Of a stretch of 46,930 nucleotides of DNA, positions 1 to 11,300 are shown one piece after another. How positions within the stretch are numbered: the stretch's first letter is position 1; every line of letters begins with the position of its first letter. The notes beneath the pieces are model-generated. The model was not told the DNA's origin, ran no database searches, and saw nothing but the letters and a program-made list of their open reading frames with translations. A program made the translations under genes and the position numbers. Where the stretch lies: assembly GCA_040357565.1 (NCBI GenBank), contig JBDODJ010000084.1. The stretch is one strand, 5' to 3'. The DNA is from Cercozoa sp. M6MM (taxonomy: Eukaryota; Protista; Endomyxa: Ascetosporea).

Positions 1-987
1 ACACACACACACACACACACACACACACATTTTCGGGTTTTTGTGCGAAGAAGCAGCAGTTCCTGCAATACCACAACGTAAACGTCGGGGAGGTTTTTGA
101 CCACATCAATAGGGAACTCGATTCAATGCGCAGGGACGGAGGTTCCTATCTGTGTCAAAGCCTGTCGAACCGAGGACGCGTCTCGATCTGTATTGGCGTC
201 GTCATATTTATTGCAATCTTTCAACTGATCGTTCGAAGAGGTGTCGCAGGTCTCGCTGTGCTCCCGATATTGCTGGTACAAGCAGTTTCTTCGTGAATGC
301 AGCCCCAAGGAATTGCTTTGTATTTTATGATTCAGTTCTGCATTTTCTTGTCACTGTGGGCGCGATCGCGTCGCGAGTCAGCACCCACTGTGAACGATGT
401 GCACGCAATGGTTTGCGAGCGACTGCTACCATTGTTGAACCAAGGAATGCACACCGGACTTTTCACTGTATTCTTGGAGCCATGTCCACGACGAACGATG
501 CTGCATTTGCCCAATCGACGTGGCTCTACTGTTTGTTGCTCTTTTGCACCAAAAGAGACGTGCACTGTGTCCTGCTGGAAATAAGTTTAGGTCACCACGT
601 CGCTTCGTGCTTTGTTAGTGCTGTGTTACGGGCAACGTTTGCTGTCTGACGAAATGCCTCCCTCCGCCTCTGCGGTGCAAGTGCAAGCCTCGGCGCCGCC
701 AGAGCTGCGAGTGCCTGCGCAAAATCCAGCCTTCTCGTCGGTTGCCGAAACACCGGCACCATCGCAAAGCCAGGTTGTCTTGCAGTACAATCCGTACAGC
801 AATGATGGGAAACAACAGCATCGGTACCAGGTAAAGTTACCTATCCTGGCCAGTGCATGAACAAATGGCACGTATTGAAACGACACACCGGCACAAATAC
901 AGCCGGTACCTGCGCCTCCACCTCCCTATCACCAACGCGAACAGTGACGGGAAGTCGCGCCGCCCCGTCCAGCGCGTACATCGACAT
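1..987 (-). CDS. Hypothetical protein, 5' part of a multi-exon gene running off the left edge
   Basis: Candidate ATG at 987 (MSMYALDGAARLPVTVRVGDREVEAQ) followed by a gtacc donor. Further plausible exons include DTVHVSFGAKEQQ, QYREHSETCD..IGTS and ELLLLRTKTRK, ending in a (GT)n intron at the window edge. The exon chain is not uniquely resolved and no family motif was recognised. Confidence 0.3.
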
Positions 988-1329
988 ATAGTACAGGCGT
1001 GATTTTGAGTACCACGTTTCGTGAACACCACAATCGAATCGAATAATAGCTTCAACGCTATCGAATTGCAACTATTGAAAAACGCGAGTCTGTCTCGTCT
1101 ACCGCATTAATCTATTATATAATTATATAGCTATTACTTAGTACCAACCGTGAAGAAGATGTCCTGGTGAGCTTCAAAGGGGATGGCCGGCCCCGCCTAC
1201 GCCTGTGATTCCCCCCCCTCCAAGACTGGGCCGAAAAGACATAGAAATACGAATACGATAGTACGAGTAGTTGGTTTCTTAGTACTGAGTGACTAACTAG
1301 CTAGTTATCAGTTACTTGACAAACTTACG

Positions 1330-4300
1330 TTAATATCCGGAAGACGACTGCACATTCGCACCCGGCAGCAGGGACACGCCACGTGACGTGCCGATACGCG
1401 AAGCGCCTGTTAATCAGCCAGAGCAAATTCCAAGGCAACCAAAGCGAATTCAGGGCGTCGTCTAAGAACAAAGCAGAAGCGAGGGGATCTTACCGGCACG
1501 AATCATGGCAATCGCGTCGTCCCGCGTGCGCACACCGCCAGCGGCTTTAACAAGAACGCCGCGCGAAGCGACGGTCTCGTGCATGAGCGACACGGCGTGC
1601 AGCGTGGCACCACCAGTCGAGAAGCCTGTCGACGTCTTGACAAAGTCAGCGCCAGCTTGGACACACGCACGACAGGCACGCACGATCTGGCAGAAGAGGA
1701 CAGTCAGAGAAGTCACTAGAGGGAAAATATTGATAAGAAAACACACCTCATCGTCAGTAAGCAGGCACGTCTCCAGGATCACCTTGACGGTCTTGCTGCC
1801 AGCCGCACGAACCTACAAAGCACAGCCTGGCGCCTAAGAGAGGGAAGAGAAGGGAAGAAAGGGTGAGGGATGAAGTGACATACGACAGCCTCGACGTCGC
1901 GCTTGACACAGCGGAAGTCACCCGCTTTGATAGCGCCAATATTGGCCACCATGTCGACTCTGCCAAAGAGGCCACCTGAAGTGAAAGAGGATAGTGTAGC
2001 AAAAGGTGGCAAAGTACTCATCCGCGCCAGCTTCGACTACGCGCGCAGTTTCAAAAGCTGCACATGAGCAAACACATGCATACAGAAGTCTCAGGCGGTG
2101 CGCAACAGAGACAAGAGATACCCTTGATCTCAGTCATGTTGGCGCCCAGAGGAAAACCCACAACGGTGCACACCATCACTACGTAGGCACAAGGAGTAAA
2201 GAATATAGTAAAGGCACACACACAGACACACCTTCGGAACAGAGCTCGTTTAGCATGCGACGGCACAGTGGCACCCAGCATGGGTTGATGCATACCGCGC
2301 GGAACCTGTGGCCAAGAAAGACTATGCTCAACATTGTCAAGAGACAATAAGTGTACTTGTGCTCGACTGCTTCGCGCACAAGTTTCTCAATCTAACAGAT
2401 AAAGGAAGGTGCGACCAAAGGATTTACGGTAAAAGAGGTAAGAAAAACACCCCTACCTGTTCCTGAGTGGCCGTCGGCTTGAGCAGAGTGTGGTCAACGA
2501 AGGCATGGACAGGAACTTCCTCATCCTCTGCTTGATAGACAAACATAATACCCTGGAAGTGGTTGTCAAGCTGGAGAGTTAATACCATTGGAGCACTCTG
2601 CAGCCTGCAACAGCCTCAGCACAGGCGACGGCAGCTGCATGCGACGACGGTACGACGGCTGAAATCGGACCCAGTAGAGGGAGGGATAAGAAGGTAGTAA
2701 AAAACCAAAGCTGTGATACCTGCGTGCCACGGAGACGCGTTGAAGCGGCGGCGACAGCGACAGCTGCCTTGAGCACTAAGAAACATGACAAGGGTGACTG
2801 GAGGAGGAGGGGGGGGGGGAATAAACTGAGAGGTACCATCTACGCCGAGGGAGGCGCCTGTAGAAAGCAAGTGCGCCAGTGCTCCGAGAAAGCAGTCACC
2901 AGCACCCGTCGTGTCAGCCACCTCATCCGCTACCGGGGGTTAGGGGTAAGTACACAGAGGGATGAGACGGGAGAGGTACCCAACGACAGGTCAGAGGGAA
3001 TAGGGACATCACTGGATCCTTGCTTGGTGATGAGACCTGCGATACACGTCAACATAGACTGCTTGGTTGACACTCACTAAAGTCAGTAGACGAGAGCGTA
3101 AAATGGATGGCACGTGCTCCCTTGGCGCCCAGTGTGACCACCACAGCCTCAACATCTGCACACATACGGGTGTTTGAACCACCTACTGTTGCACTCCCAA
3201 CAGATGGTCAACTGCACCAAAGTCCGCGAGTAGCGAGTCCTTCCGCAAAATCTCTGCTTCGTGTTCGTTCAGCACCAGCATGTCCGACACTGGGGGGGGG
3301 GGGGGGTAAAGGTCCAGACGCAAAAGCAAACAGGGTACACTTGCACAGCTCTCGCACTTCGTCAACCTTGTTCTAGTAAGGTTGAAGAGAACGTCAACAG
3401 AGTAGACAATAGAGGAAGTGAAGCATACCTCAGGCAATGGGGACGGGTTCAAAATGCACTTGGCGCCCTGGGACTTGGCCTTGCGACTATCCACAGGACA
3501 TGAGAATACATACAATCTCGGTGAGATAGTAAGTGTAGTACAAAGCAGCGGCCACGGTATTCAACGGTACTTCCAACTGGGCTATTTTAGTGATCACAAG
3601 CCGTTAGTCAGGGGGACCAGCACGTGCACAAGTGGGCGGAACTGGTACCAACGACATGACCCGAGAGGTTAGCCTGCTCGACATGCGCCTCGTCGAGCAG
3701 CATGTTGGCACCCGGCACCACGAGGATCTGGTTCTCTCCGTCGCCACGAACCGTGATACTATCACAAGAGGGTGTAGTACAACAGGAATTTTACAGATGA
3801 GTAACAAGGTAGGTGAAGCTAGCAATACGGGGCCTTGCCGGTGTCCGCATCGCACACAAAACTGCCCAAGTAAGCACAGTGGTTGGGGGAGAGGGAAACA
3901 GGGGGTTACATACAATAGTACATGCCATCGACGACAACGCCGTCTCGACGCAACTGGCGAATCACTACAACGCACACAGTGATAGTATCCCCGAGCAAGC
4001 ATACAACAGAGGAATACATACCAGCATGGCCATCGGCATCGTCTCCGACGCAGGCAACGAGGCGTGGAGCCGTCTCTGCAAACGATCGATGGCGGTAAAT
4101 GGGAGGTTAAACCACACATAGCACTTAGGGCTACCAACAGTCGCTCCAGGCGAACGCAAACGCGCTGCTGCCACTGCAACTGCAAGCGACACATTTTTTC
4201 GACATTGGCACGTATCGATATGGTAGCGAAAGCGCAGTACCATTGGAGCCTTTGCCACCCGAGTTCTTCTGAAACGATTCGCCGAACAAAGCTAACACAG

Positions 4301-4494
4301 GCCCAACACATTAAACCCACAGAAACAAGCGAACACATAAGGAGAATGTTACTCATGCCCCACTGCGGTGTTTCATTCGTATAGGTCACCAGGTCTATTA
4401 GCACACCCGGACACTAGTTTGCAACACTGCAGCACATATCACCTTAAACCTGACTACCAATGTTGACCGCTCCAACAACAGTGACTCCCGACAT
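1330..4494 (-). CDS. rbsK-deoC: Bifunctional ribokinase (PfkB family) - deoxyribose-phosphate aldolase (DeoC/DERA) fusion, 26 exons
   Basis: Hand-spliced through 25 GT-AG introns without a stop. Kinase motifs: [68 protein letters not shown]. Aldolase motifs: [46 protein letters not shown] (Schiff-base Lys), [16 protein letters not shown], and C-terminal Tyr (SSSGY*). Both domain calls are secure; the fusion depends on one intron at about 2531-2585. Confidence 0.9.
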
Positions 4495-5061
4495 CGTCCC
4501 TCGGTCCTGCAACGAATGTTGGTTCAATTATTTATTGTTGTTGCCGATCGAACCGAACCCCAGAACGTTGTCAGTTGCGCAAGAACATACCAAGTGCAGT
4601 GACCTAGCGCACACACTCAAAGTTGCGTTTTACTTGTATGCTGGCAATGCTATGTTCACTTGAATAGAAAACCGCATCTGTTTAAAGGGGTGAAAACGGT
4701 GAGAACTAAGTCTGACCAGAACAGCGCACACGTACACTATCTCAGTGGCTGATTGTGCGTAGCACTGAGCATCTGACACAGCAAGTGTGAGTGTGCAGCA
4801 CGTTTAGCGGCAGGCAACATCAGTCTGGAGCGTGCTCATCAAAACCCCCCAGACGGACACAGTGCACCTTGCCTTGCGCGTGTGACGTTCTGTGTGACTC
4901 TACGAATTGATCAGAGCGTCTGAAGCGCGCCTGATCGCGGAGAAACTAAACGCCGTTTTTCTTCACTCCGTTGGTCTTTTTGTTGACGAAGCAACCCAAA
5001 AGGTGCGCCTGCGTTCGCAATGCTGTGAACGAGTTGTGCACCATGATGTTCCTTTGTAGGC

Positions 5062-6415
5062 ATGGGTGTTCGTGGTCCGCTGAAGGCCATCGTGGTCTCG
5101 TCGACCGTCGTGTTTGCCGTATGTTGCACGTTGCACCTCTCTTGCACTCGTGTGTGCGTTGACTACGGTTTCCGTGTGTGCTGATCGCAGATCTTTGGTC
5201 TCGCCATGATGATTGTCGGCATCATCGGTCTCAAAAACATGGATGACTACGAGAAAGACATTCCGCCGCTCTCGTTGTTCCCGATGCGAAACTTCTGCGT
5301 CGCCGTCATCACAATGGTACGCTGTTACCCCTTGAGATAACCCCTTAAAGCCTTCACTCTTTTTGCATTTGCTTCGTAATCCTTTGCCCTTTATCCTTGC
5401 ATTTTACTCTTTCTTTCTTATTATCGCTCAGGGTGTCTTGCTGTTCTTGATCTGCTCGGCCGGTGTGCTTGGCGTGTTCAAGAAGCTCAACAAGCTCATG
5501 TCGGTCTACACGCTGCTGCTGTTCGTGTTGGTAGCTTCACCTACTGCTCTGCTTTACTCTTGGTGCCCTTCGTGCTTATCTGTTGTACTCTCCATACAGG
5601 TGGCGTGCCAACTCACGGTGGCGCTCATTCTCAGCGGTCAGTTCGGCGAGCAGCTCGAGCAAGAGGTTGATCGCAATGTCCGGTCGCAGTGGTAATTCCG
5701 TCCCTCCCGCTGTCAGTTGAGGCAGCTGCCTTTGACCCCTCTGCTTCAGGTTCGAGTGGTACACGGCCAACGAGGGCCTCACCGATGTCTACGGCGAAAA
5801 CGAGAAAGCCATCTTCCGCTACCAGAAGAAGGTGCGTCAGCCCTCCGCTGTTACCCCATGTTATGTTACTCCACTCCCCCTCCCCGTCACTCTCTTACTT
5901 CGCAGCTGGAGTGCTGTGGCTATGACTACATCGCTGACAACCAAAACCGCAACGATATGACGCTGGACCCGAATGGCTACACAACGACACCGCATCCTCA
6001 TGTAACTGGCCTTGCTTTCTGTTACCTCTGTTGCCCCCTGTTGCTTTCCTGTGCCACTGCCCTCTACCACTCCTCTCCGTTACCTTATCACCACCCCGAA
6101 CAGGATGATGGCTTTACGTACCGCTGCCTGCTGGACCCGTCGGTGGACGAGCCGCTCACGTGGTATGACAAGTCGCTCGAGCGCACCAAGAAGAACGCCG
6201 AGGGCGAAGACGTCGAGCTGCCGCAGGGTGGTGTTCTGTGCTGCCGCCAGGCCACGGTGGACTTCTTCAACGACGTCACCAAGCCCGTGTTCGTCACGCT
6301 GCTCGTCATGTCCTGCCTCCAGCTCGTTGTCGTCTTCATGACTTGCTACCTCATGCGCAAGGGCAAGGGCCGCGACGACGCCACCGACGTCTGGGCCTCG
6401 CCTTACTCCTACTAG
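5062..6415 (+). CDS. Tetraspanin family membrane protein, 7 coding exons
   Basis: MGVRGPLKAIVVSSTVVFA|IFGLAMMIVGIIGL... Three N-terminal hydrophobic helices, a large extracellular loop with the CCG motif (KKLECCGY) and later Cys (YRC, VLCC), a fourth helix VFVTLLVMSCLQLVVVFMTCYL, and a short tail. Probable 5' UTR intron at about 5003-5059. Confidence 0.85.
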
Positions 6416-6775
6416 GCCTCGCCGCCTACCCTCCTCGCACTCCCTCTACCCTACGCACCGACGGTCACGTGTAGTGCCCGGGTATCCAGCAGCCTCCCAG
6501 GCGGGCTGCCTGGCTGACTCCGCTCGGAGTGCAGTGTTTCTACAGTCGAAGTTATTGACATAAAACACAAGGTGTCTGTGATCTGATTGATAGAATGGGC
6601 GGAACAGAAACACGGCTAACAGGGTGTGTGCTGTCTTCTTACGCTTCGGTTCAGTTAAAAATCAAAAATACCTTTTACTTTGCCAATAGTTCTATAGCCA
6701 AAGCTGAGTTTAACAGTACCACAGAAGTGTGTCGGTGTGTGCGGGTGTATGCAGGAGCCGTCCGGTGGATGCTAA

Positions 6776-8344
6776 ATGGGAGTTTGTGTAAGTCGGCCTG
6801 TTGCGATCGCTATGCGGCGCAGATTGCTTCTTCGTGTTTGAGTTTTGATTTCTTTTGATCCCTGATAGGTGTCGACTCGACGCAAGAATCCTCGGTAGAT
6901 CTGTTATTTTGGGGCTGGAAAAGTTATTTGCGTGACGCGTGTGCTGGGGGTGCCGTAGGGTCCCTTTGCATGCGGAGTTCGATCGGCGCAGTGGTTCCAC
7001 TCCCGATGTCGAGCACGTCAACTATGGTTTGTTGGCCCTGTTTCGGGTCATGTGGATGAGTGTTTCTTTAAACTCTTTATCCTTTGCCCCTTTCTTAGAG
7101 GACATGCGTGTGGTGCTGCGAGCACACGAGATGCATGGCGTGCGAGGCAGGCGAGGCACGACGCCATCGGCGGCAACGAACGCGTTGCCTCGTGCACCGC
7201 GTCGAAGGTACTCTTCCTTTTACCTTTGGGCACCTTGTGATACCCCTAATAACCTACATCGTTACCCGACTTCTCCCTACTTCCCTACCCTACCATCCTC
7301 CCACCCTCCACTACCTACATACAGTACGGTGTCGACTGCCATGTCGATCGAGCCCGAGGTGCAGACGGAGGAGTACCCTCTGCCAAGTAGTCTGGCCAAT
7401 GAAAGTTCAAGCGACACTGAGCACGGCCTGCGACGCTCCTTGTCATGCCCGCTGTTGTCACAGCTTGTGCCCATTGTCAATGTACGACTCCTCTGGATTC
7501 TTTTAAATCATGTTACCGTGACACCCTGTTGTACACACAGAACAGTAGACTCAGTGAGGTACCTCCGTTGGAACGTCCGCAAAGTGCGCGTGCCGTCTCG
7601 CCTGATGAGCGTATGGTCTCTCTCTTTCTCGGCATACCATTTGGTGTACTTTTGTATCTTGTACCTTGGGGTAGGAGACTCGCTTCCGACAATGCGGAGT
7701 TTCCAACCAGGCGACACTGAGTGTCGTGTACTCTCTCTCATATATAGACATGTTTATTTATATGAAGGTCTGTTGGTGTGCGCAGTTCGATGCACTGAGT
7801 GAAATCCGTTCAGACACCGACATCGACGGTAGCATATGTGGAGTTTGTGTGGGAGGGGTAAGATGAATAAAGTTGGTGTAGACGGAGAACTGGATGCCAA
7901 GGCACCCATCGCTCGCAAGCGCAGTCGTCGGCAGAAGAGGGCCTACTGTTCCTGGTGCCTGCGACTCACCTATCATGGCCGAATTCAACGAAATTTCCTC
8001 CGTCGTTCCGGTAACATTCCCGGAGTGTTGTCGTGTTCGTCTATTACTGTGCTGTATCCTCATGTGCCCTAGTGTACCAATGCGGTGAGTGTTTGTACCG
8101 CACGCTGCCCTGTCAGTGGTGCAAGCACGGCATGTCGCGCGGCCACTCGGCCTACGACGAGGCTCTCTGTGGTACACCAATGTGTTGATGTGCCTTGTTC
8201 CCTACGGTGTACCCCTACCTCTAGTATCGTGTGATGGCACCTTGCAAACGGGCCTGACTGCCAAGGCTGCCAACGAACACAGCGACATTGACACGCGCAG
8301 TGACACCGAGTACTTTGATCCCTTGCCCCTCCTTTCTACTCACC

Positions 8345-8393
<49 letters not shown>

Positions 8394-11300
8394 GCGGCAG
8401 TGTCAGCGTGCACCACGACGTCGAAACCGAAGGTCACTGGCCGCGCACGGAGCACGAGCGACTGCGTGCACTGGAGCTACTCCTGAGTCGCACCGCCTGG
8501 TGTTCCTGGTGTCTGTACGCATTCTCTCATACTTTCATACCATCGTTAGCCTTTGAATATATGAGAGTATGTGCACAGACACCACACGACCCATCGTTTG
8601 CGCATGCGAAATGTCATTCGGCGTGACACCTACGGTTCCTTGCTTTCTACCAGAATACTCTACTGTGTGTGTATATGTGTATGTAAGTGTGTGTGTGCGT
8701 GTGTGTGTACAGTGTGCTCGCGCTGCGGCGGCCGCACGGTGCTGTGCCTGACGTGTCACTCGCGCGGTACGGCCGCAGGCATGGCACGTGCCTCCAAGGG
8801 TGCCACACTGGCACGTGCGCGATCATGTCTACGGTGTGACCCGTCTTGCACGGCTGGTAGTGACGGTTTCAACTGGGACAGTACCCGCACTGTATGTGTG
8901 TATGGTTGAATGGGCACAGTGCAAAGCTGGGACGCCTTGTCAGTCGTGAGTCAAGAAAGTGGCACCAACGACAACACTCTGCAGCAGGGAATCGAACGTG
9001 AGAGGTGCTCTAGTCCCCATACCCTACTACCTTGACCTCTCTGTATGCATTGTGTATGCGTGTGCGTACAGGGCGATACAAGCCAACATGCGTCGCGTGC
9101 GACAGGCTGGCATGCGCGTGCGTCAGCCCATGCAGCCCTTCCGCTCCTTCGCGCCGGTGCGTCGACACGTGCGCGGTACTTTGCCCAGTGACCCAGTGAC
9201 CTCTTTACTCAGTCGCCTAATTGAGCACGTGTGTGGCAGGTGAGTTCATTGTGGATGGCTGCGCGTTCAATGATGCACTGGCTGACATGATCGATCGCGC
9301 CAAGCGCCGCATCTTTGTGTACGTTCACCCCGTCTTACCAACTCATATCCCCCGCCTTACCCCGTCTTAACCCCGCTTAACCCCCTTGCCCCCTCTTACC
9401 CTCTGTGTCATCAGGTCGTTCTGGCACTGCAACGATCGCGTGTACCTGCGTCGTTTCGTCAAGAACGAACGGTTTCGAGGTACTTCATTGATAGCCTGGT
9501 CACTTTCTGGGGTCAGATGGTCGCTTTGACTGATCACTCTGACTGATCTGACTGACTGATCACTTTGACTGACTGACTGACTGTCTGACCGGAACAACAG
9601 GCCTGTCCAGGGACGGCACGCGGTGGCACGGCTGGATGGACGAGTTCGCGCACTCAGAGCGCCTCCCCGCGGACGAAGAAGAATTCTGGCGTTTCGATCG
9701 GCTGCTGCAGCGCAAGGCCGAGCAAGGCGTCCGCATCTACATTGTACCGACTTGTCCTCCTTTGTCCCACTTGCGTACCCCTCTTGCTTCTTTACCACCT
9801 TTACCCCCTTCCCCTTGTCCCTCTCTCGCCCCCCCCCCCCAGGTGCTGTGGAAGGAACCGTTGGGAGGTGCAGCTGTCGACAACTTCAGCAGCGAGGTGG
9901 CACAGGCACTGGAGGCCCTGCACTCCAATGTGCGTGTCCTTAGGGTACCCTGAGAGGTCCTTAGTGTATTCATGTGTTGTTGTTGTGTGTATGTATGTGT
10001 GTATGTGTGTGTGTGTATGTGTGTGTGCAGCACGGTACTCTCGGACTGCACAAACAACCGTGGTCGCACCATCAGAAGTTCGTCGTCGTCGATGACAGCG
10101 TCGCTCTGGTACCTCATGCAGGGGGAGTGTGAGGGAGATAACAAGTGTGGTCTGTGTGATAATTGTACACACTCAGGTCGGCGGTCTCGACGTGTGTCTC
10201 GGACGGTTCGACACGCCGCAGCACGTGCTGCACGACCTCAATCGCTCCAGCGACGACACGCCTGTTTGGTAGACACTGTAGCACACGCACACAGTGCCAA
10301 AGTATCCGCGCGGATGTGCGCGAATCTACAGGCGAGGCGTTGACTATTACAACCCGCATGTCGTCCGTCCTGCGCGTATCGAAGGCGACGCCTTTTTCGA
10401 GGATGTCGTGGATCGGCATGGCGTGCCTCGTATGCCTTGGTAGACTCCTTGCCGTTGTTGCTGACTTGGAAGGCCCTCTATTCCTCTGTACACTAGGCAC
10501 GACCTGGCCGTGCGACTGAATGGCAGTGCTGCCCGTGATATTGCACGCAACTTTGTTGTATTCCTTGCTCAGCACACCTACACTTTGTCTGGTCACCTTT
10601 TACCCCTTCCCTCCCGCAGGAGAGGTGGAACTCGCATCTGTCGGCCGAAATGTTCGGCTTCTTTCAGTCCTCCAGTGATCGCGGTGACTGTACAGAGTTA
10701 CTCGATATCTATCTTACACCCTCTACTCTGACTCTGTGAATGCTTGTAGTGTCAGTCACGGATTTTCGAAGCCGCTACTCGCGTCTGTCACTGTAGTCCT
10801 CCACATGTCTTGTCCACCCACTGTGTATGCTTGTGTATCAACCACAGACTGCCAACGGACTCAGTGGCACCGTCGCCACGTGGTACACTCCGTGTGCAAG
10901 CCGTGCGATCACTGGACACGTGGAGTGGCGGCTCGCGGCACGAAGCCTCGGTATTTTTTTGTTAGGGGGTCATCCTCAGGTACACATGTGTGTATGGGTG
11001 TGTGTGTGCAGATCTACGGTGCCATGCTGGATGCTGTGGAGCGTGCTGAACACTTCATCTACATTGAGCAGCAGTACATTGCGTCCTCGCTGGCTGGTAC
11101 CTGCGTGTGTTAAAATGCTGGAGATATAAGAAGGGGTTTCCATAACATACTGTGGCTGTGCGGCAGGCGGCGGCGTAGCCAATCAGTTGTTCCACCGAGT
11201 GCTGCAGAAACTTCGGCAAAAGATACGCCGTGCCGAACCGTTTCGTCTCATTGTTATTGTACCCTAACAATCTACCCCGACCTTGACTGAACTGTATCGC

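Noticed and set aside
1165-1200. CTTCAAA resembling a tRNA-Sec anticodon loop, and CTGGTGA..GAAA resembling a hammerhead core
   Set aside because: The flanks cannot form an anticodon stem or cloverleaf, and the hammerhead stems and cleavage triplet are not correctly arranged.
4330-4365. Apparent GC-AG intron after W-G in the kinase gene
   Set aside because: A canonical gtaaca donor a few bases later gives the correct frame (WGMTLFG).
9230-9250. Apparent in-frame TGA in PLD suggesting readthrough or a variant genetic code
   Set aside because: It is resolved by a phase-1 splice (G|GT GAG = Gly-Glu). All well-supported genes splice with the standard code and use TAA, TAG and TGA as stops.
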